This document shows positions 58,710 to 64,000 of a stretch of DNA of 64,000 bases, piece by piece. The stretch is from a virus. The stretch's first letter is position 1; every line of letters starts with the position of its first letter. The DNA lies in the IMG/VR virus record IMGVR_UViG_3300025276_000001, positions 50,100 through 114,099 of that record. One strand, written 5' to 3'. A model generated the notes under the pieces. That model made no database searches, was not told the DNA's origin, and saw nothing but the letters and a program-made list of their open reading frames with translations. Made by a program: the position numbers and the translations under genes.

Positions 58710-61466
58710 ATGAGAGTATTAAATGCAATGCAGTTAAAAAAAGGAGCTAAGGCAGAAGGAGGCCCTACATATTCTAGTTTAACTCAACCAATACAGTTTT
58801 TACCTACTTCAGAAAAAACTGATGATTGGGCAGCATGGAATTTAGATTGGTTAGAATTACAAGGTGTTGAGTTTTTAAAAACCAATGCACGTAGACTTTT
58901 AAAAAATTATAAACTTGCTAAAGGAATAATTGACAAATCAGATTACATTGTTGAAGAAGACAATGACTATAAAGAATTAATGGATGTTCTAACAAAGGAG
59001 AATGACTCTGCATTAGAACTTAAGTTTTACCCTATAGTACCTAATGTTATAAATGTATTAAGTGGTGAGTTTACTAAAAGATATAATAAAGTACAATTTA
59101 GAGCAGTAGATGATAAGTCATATAATGAAATGCTTGAGCAAAAGAAAGCTGAAGTAGAAGAAACATTATTAGGAGAAGCAGAAAGAGACTTAGTACAAAG
59201 AATGATAGAGATGGGTATGGACCCAGAATCTAAAGAAGCTAAAGAACAATTATCACCAGATAATTTAAAAACCCTACCTGAAATAGAAGATTACTTTAGT
59301 AAATCTTATAGAAGTAGTATAGAAGAATGGGCAACTCACCAATTAAATGTGGATGAGGAAAGATTCAAAATGCATGAACTAGAGGAAAGAGGCTTTAGAG
59401 ATATGCTTATTGCTGATAGAGAGTTTTGGCATTTCCGTATGTTAGAAGATGATTATGATGTAGAATTATGGAATCCAGTATTAACATTTTATCAGAAGTC
59501 TCCGGATCAAAGATACATTTCTGATTCAAACTATGTTGGTAAGGTAGATCTTATGACAGTATCAGATGTAGTGGATATGTATGGTTATTTAATGGATGAA
59601 AAACAATTATCATCATTACAAAGAATATATCCAGCACGTTCTGCACAGTATCAAGTAAATGGTTACCAAAATGATGGTGCATACTATGATGCTACAAGAT
59701 CACATGAATGGAATACAAATGCACCAGGCTTAGCATATAGACAGTACGCAAGTAATTACATGGCTGACCCTGCACGTGGAGGAGATATACTTTCAGAAAT
59801 TTTATCACAAAGTGAAGATTTAGAACAATGGGGAGATTCTAACTTATTAAGAGTATCTACTATCTATTGGAAAACTCAAAGAAAAGTTGGTCACTTAACT
59901 AAGATTGAATTTGATGGTGAAGTAACTCAAGAAATAATTGATGAGTCATTTAAGGTAACTGAAAAGCCTGTGTATGATACATCAATCTTTAAGAATAAAT
60001 CTAAAGATACATTATTACAAGGAGAACATATTGAATGGATATGGATTAATGAGACATGGGGTGGAGTTAAAGTAGGACCTAACGTTCCTGCAATGTGGCA
60101 AACAACTATGGATGATAATGTTAATCCTATATACTTAGGTATTAATAGAAACAAACCTGGAAGATTACCATTTCAGTTTAAAGGAGAAAATTCTTTATAT
60201 GGATGTAAGTTACCAGTTGAGGGAAGAGTATTCTCAGATAGAAATACTAGATCTACATCACTTGTAGATTTAATGAAAGCTTACCAAGTAGGTTATAACA
60301 TGGTGAATAATCAGATTGCTGATATCCTTATTGATGAATTAGGTACAGTAATTATGTTTGATCAAAATGCATTACCACGTCACTCAATGGGTGAAGACTG
60401 GGGTAAGAACAATTATGCTAAAGCATATACAGCTATGAAAGATTTTTCTATGCTGCCATTAGATACATCAATAACTAATACAGAAAACGCTACTAATTTT
60501 AATCACTACCAAACTCTAAACATGGAGCAGACTAGTAGATTAATGAGTAGAATTCAATTAGCTAATTACTTTAAACAACAATGTTTTGACTCAATAGGTA
60601 TTAATCCACAACGTTTAGGTGGAGCTGTATCTGCAGAGACTGCAACAGGAGTTGTAAATGCAATGCAACAATCATATGCACAAACAGAAATCTATTTTGT
60701 ACAACACTCTGATCATTTAATGCCAAGGGTACACCAAATGAGAACTGATCTTGCACAATTTTATAATAGTACTAATCCAAGTGTAAGATTGTCTTACATC
60801 TCTACAGAGGCTCAGAAGGTTAATTTTACTATAAATGGTACTGATCTATTACTTAGAGATTTTAATGTATTTGCAACTACTAAAACTAACCACAGAGCTA
60901 TTCTTGAACAACTAAAGCAAATGGCATTAACAAACAATACAACTGGTGCATCAATATATGAGCTAGGTAACATTGTTAAAGCAGATTCTATTTCAGAAGT
61001 AACTGATATATTAAAAGATTCAGAAGTAAGGGTAGAACAACAAAGAGCACAAGATATGCAACAGCAACGTCAGATGCAAGAGCAACAACTTCAAGCTAAA
61101 GCACAAGAAGAGCAAATGAAACTTCAAGCTGAGAATGCTGAGAATGAAAAAGACAGACAGAATAACATTGTCTTAGCAGAAATTAAGTCTGCTGGTTACG
61201 GATCTATGGTGGATATAAATGAAAATAAAGTATCTGATTATCAAGATGCTATGAAAGACATTAGAGAAACTACAAGATTTCAAGAGCAGACAAACATGAA
61301 GCGTGATGAACTAGCTCAAAAAGGATCAATGGAATCTGAAAGACTTAAGGTTGAAAGAGAGAAAATTGCTGCTACAAGAGATGTTGCTGCTAAAGATTTG
61401 CAGATAGCTAAAGTTAATAAAAACAAATATGATGTAGGTAATTCTAAAAAATCAGACAAGAAATAA
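58710..61466 (+). CDS. Portal protein
   Basis: 918 aa, directly after TerL; YPIVPNVINVL, GINPQRLG, Q-rich coiled-coil tail; crAss gene order. Confidence 0.85.
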   Translation: MRVLNAMQLKKGAKAEGGPTYSSLTQPIQFLPTSEKTDDWAAWNLDWLELQGVEFLKTNARRLLKNYKLAKGIIDKSDYIVEEDNDYKELMDVLTKENDSALELKFYPIVPNVINVLSGEFTKRYNKVQFRAVDDKSYNEMLEQKKAEVEETLLGEAERDLVQRMIEMGMDPESKEAKEQLSPDNLKTLPEIEDYFSKSYRSSIEEWATHQLNVDEERFKMHELEERGFRDMLIADREFWHFRMLEDDYDVELWNPVLTFYQKSPDQRYISDSNYVGKVDLMTVSDVVDMYGYLMDEKQLSSLQRIYPARSAQYQVNGYQNDGAYYDATRSHEWNTNAPGLAYRQYASNYMADPARGGDILSEILSQSEDLEQWGDSNLLRVSTIYWKTQRKVGHLTKIEFDGEVTQEIIDESFKVTEKPVYDTSIFKNKSKDTLLQGEHIEWIWINETWGGVKVGPNVPAMWQTTMDDNVNPIYLGINRNKPGRLPFQFKGENSLYGCKLPVEGRVFSDRNTRSTSLVDLMKAYQVGYNMVNNQIADILIDELGTVIMFDQNALPRHSMGEDWGKNNYAKAYTAMKDFSMLPLDTSITNTENATNFNHYQTLNMEQTSRLMSRIQLANYFKQQCFDSIGINPQRLGGAVSAETATGVVNAMQQSYAQTEIYFVQHSDHLMPRVHQMRTDLAQFYNSTNPSVRLSYISTEAQKVNFTINGTDLLLRDFNVFATTKTNHRAILEQLKQMALTNNTTGASIYELGNIVKADSISEVTDILKDSEVRVEQQRAQDMQQQRQMQEQQLQAKAQEEQMKLQAENAENEKDRQNNIVLAEIKSAGYGSMVDINENKVSDYQDAMKDIRETTRFQEQTNMKRDELAQKGSMESERLKVEREKIAATRDVAAKDLQIAKVNKNKYDVGNSKKSDKK

Positions 61467-61470
61467 TTGG

Positions 61471-61483
61471 CGTTAGCTATATA
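61471..61483 (+). promoter_or_regulatory. Repeated motif CGTTAGCTATATA upstream of scaffold/capsid genes
   Basis: Identical to 47807-47819 on the minus strand. Confidence 0.45.
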
Positions 61484-61595
61484 CTGCAATAAACTTTACA
61501 TTTAACACAAATATTATAAGTTTAATATGTTGTATCATAGAAATACTTTTATTATATTGTATATATAAGGACTAAATATTAAAACCAACAATATT

Positions 61596-62912
61596 ATGAA
61601 CAACAATGACACTACTATGAAAAGTAACGTAGAGACCTTAGATGTAAATCTAGATGAGATATTCAATGGCGCACCAAGCGGCAATGATATTACGTTACCA
61701 GATGAAGCTCCAGTAAAACAAAACATTTTATCTGGGCTAAACAAAAAAGCTGACTTTTCATTTGCTGATACAGATGAAGATGGAGTAGACAACTTAGATA
61801 CAAAGGTTGAAGCTAAAGAAGAATCTACAGAAGAAGAAAAAGAAGCTACTGATACTCTTGATGAGATAGTAGGTAAAAAAGAAGCTACTGGTGAAGATGG
61901 TAAAGACATCTTAGATACTTTAGATGATGAGTCTGATGAAGACATAGAGAAGAAAGAAACTAGAGGTAGAAAATCTATCAATGGTATTTCTGATGTATTC
62001 AGTAAACTTATTAAAGCAGACAAAATTGTACCATTTGATGACGGAAAGGAATTAGATGATTACAGTGCTAAGGATTGGGAAGAATTAATTGAAGCTAACT
62101 TAGAAGAGAAAGCTAATCAAGTAAGACGTGAAACTCCTAAGCAGTTCTTTGCAAGCTTACCAGAAGAATTACAAGTTGCAGCAAGATATGTAGCAGATGG
62201 TGGAACTGACATAAAAGGATTATTCAATACTTTAGGTAGTGTAGAAGAAACAAAGTCACTTAGCATTAAATCTGAATCAGATCAAGAAACAATTATAAAA
62301 GAATATTTAGGTGCTACCGGATATGGATCAGTAGAAGAAATTGCTGAAGAGATTGAAATCTGGAAAGACTTAGGAAAGCTTGAAAAACAAGCTGCTAAGT
62401 TTAAGCCTAAGTTAGATAAGATGCAGGAAAAGATTGTACTTAAGAAACTTGAAGAACAAGACTTAAAGAAAAAACAACAAGATCAAGCATCTAAACAATA
62501 TATGTCAAACGTATATGAAACTCTTAAAGAAGGAAGTTTAGGAGATATTAAGGTTGACAGAAAAACACAAGCAATGTTGTATAATGGTTTAGTTCAACCT
62601 ACTTACCCATCAGTAAGTGGAAAGAACACTAACTTGTTAGGACATCTTTTAGAAAAGTATCAGTTTGTAGAACCAAACTACACGTTAATATCTGAAGCAC
62701 TATGGTTATTGCAAGATCCAGATGGATACAAAGCAAAAATCATGGACAAAGGAGCACAGAAAAGTGTTGAGTCAACAGTTAGGAAACTAAAGACAGCCTC
62801 AGCAGGAAATCAAACTGCAGCCTCATTAGGTGTTCAAGAACGTGAAGCAACTAAAAGAAAACCAGCAGGTAAGAAGTTACCAAGAACCAACAACATTTTT
62901 AAAAGAATTTAA
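61596..62912 (+). CDS. Acidic scaffold-like protein
   Basis: D/E-rich N-terminus and coiled coil; lies between portal and capsid genes. Confidence 0.6.
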   Translation: MNNNDTTMKSNVETLDVNLDEIFNGAPSGNDITLPDEAPVKQNILSGLNKKADFSFADTDEDGVDNLDTKVEAKEESTEEEKEATDTLDEIVGKKEATGEDGKDILDTLDDESDEDIEKKETRGRKSINGISDVFSKLIKADKIVPFDDGKELDDYSAKDWEELIEANLEEKANQVRRETPKQFFASLPEELQVAARYVADGGTDIKGLFNTLGSVEETKSLSIKSESDQETIIKEYLGATGYGSVEEIAEEIEIWKDLGKLEKQAAKFKPKLDKMQEKIVLKKLEEQDLKKKQQDQASKQYMSNVYETLKEGSLGDIKVDRKTQAMLYNGLVQPTYPSVSGKNTNLLGHLLEKYQFVEPNYTLISEALWLLQDPDGYKAKIMDKGAQKSVESTVRKLKTASAGNQTAASLGVQEREATKRKPAGKKLPRTNNIFKRI

Positions 62913-62966
62913 ATAGAGAATTTAAATATAAACACAATTAATTATTAACAAAAACAAAGTAAAATT

Positions 62967-64000
62967 ATGGCAACTCCAGTATTAAATAATGGAATTTTCC
63001 TAAGAGATACAAGCTACAAAGCTAGTTCTCATGTTGATTCTTATCACCTAACCCAAATGCTTGGTAACGCTGAGCCTATGGATATGGGACCAGTTGATTT
63101 ATGGGCAATGACCCAAAAGGTAGAAATGCCTTTATATCAAATGGCTTCATTCGGTGGAAAGAATACAATCATGGTGGACAACGCACGTGGTGAGTACAAA
63201 TGGCAAACTCCAATTGCACAAGATCTTCCTTATATCGTTGCAGATATAGAGGCAGCTAATGCAACAAAAGGTGTAGATGGTACTACATTCAAAATTAAAA
63301 TTTCCAAAAGAACATTTGGTCATGGTGATATCATCACTTATGACAAGTACAATGGATTAGAACTTTACATCACGGCTGATGATATTATCCCAGCAGGTGA
63401 CGGTTTTATCTATACTGTTCAATTGGTAAACAACAACAACGCAGCTAGCTTAGATAATAAGTATTTAGCTAAAGGTACAAAGTTCTTCAGAAAAGGTTCT
63501 GCAAGAGGTGAGTACGGAGAGCGTTTTTCAGACATTGAAACTGGATCTGGTTTCCGTGAATTCTACAACTTTGTAGGAGGAGCAGAAGCACACGTTCATT
63601 ATTCAATTTCTTCAAGAGCAGACTTAATGATCAAAGGTGGATTAAACGCTGATGGTACTGTGCCTGTAACTGAAATCTGGAGAAACTTTAACACAGATCC
63701 AAATAATCCATCAGTACCTAGTATTGAAGGTTTAGTAGCAAACATGGGTAAATCAGGAGCTAGAGAAGCATTTGAAAATGGAACTCTTACAAGAACTTTC
63801 ATTACAAATATGGAAGCTGCTCACTTATCTAAAATTGCAACGGATATTGAAACTTACCTAATGTGGGGTAAAGGTGGTAGAATTAAACAAGATGGACCGG
63901 ATGATATTAGATTATCTGTAGGTTTATGGTCACAGTTAGATAACTCTTTCAAAAGAGTATATAACAAGTCATCATTTACTCTTGACATGTTTAAGTCTGA
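62967..64000 (+). CDS. Major capsid protein (3'-truncated; absent from ORF track)
   Basis: MATPVLNNGIFLRDTSYKASSHVDSYHL... appears open to the window end; position follows TerL-portal-scaffold. Confidence 0.8.
   Translation, partial: MATPVLNNGIFLRDTSYKASSHVDSYHLTQMLGNAEPMDMGPVDLWAMTQKVEMPLYQMASFGGKNTIMVDNARGEYKWQTPIAQDLPYIVADIEAANATKGVDGTTFKIKISKRTFGHGDIITYDKYNGLELYITADDIIPAGDGFIYTVQLVNNNNAASLDNKYLAKGTKFFRKGSARGEYGERFSDIETGSGFREFYNFVGGAEAHVHYSISSRADLMIKGGLNADGTVPVTEIWRNFNTDPNNPSVPSIEGLVANMGKSGAREAFENGTLTRTFITNMEAAHLSKIATDIETYLMWGKGGRIKQDGPDDIRLSVGLWSQLDNSFKRVYNKSSFTLDMFKS

Noticed and set aside
52095-61523. AAACTT/AAGTTT words in several intergenic regions
   Set aside because: Too short and AT-rich, with inconsistent spacing, to distinguish from background by eye.

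Overview
The window is an AT-rich segment of a crAss-like (Crassvirales-type) dsDNA phage, most likely infecting Bacteroidota/Flavobacteriia. Host evidence: TAnnTTTG-type promoters, Gln-after-signal-peptide secreted proteins and a flavobacterial-type RNR. Layout: (+) 1-14.6 kb holds two giant virion-cargo genes, the first being the RNA polymerase (DFDID), then a four-gene cell-envelope module. (-) RNR alpha/beta follows. (+) 17.6-23.9 kb holds micro-proteins, tail-fibre-like genes and a holin. (-) 23.9-50.4 kb is the replication/early block: GroEL, PolB, exonuclease, MoxR-vWA locus, resolvase, primase, SSB-like protein, DnaB, UDG and an SF2 helicase. A structured non-coding strand switch lies at about 49.7-50.6 kb. 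(+) 50.6-64 kb is the late block: basic micro-proteins, endolysin, HU-like protein, nuclease, GroES, terminase, portal, scaffold-like protein and a major capsid gene that runs off the window. Top leads: (1) about 3,900 aa of cargo protein carry only two cysteines, placed head-to-tail across the gene junction; (2) a phage-encoded beta-barrel/lipoprotein/redox-dead thioredoxin envelope module; (3) a MoxR-vWA-peptidase locus flanked by paralogous BRCT-like/helical-motif proteins; (4) a class Id-type RNR near a metallothionein-like peptide; (5) recurrent non-coding motifs and branched RNA structures. All calls come from reading motifs by eye; no database searches were run.
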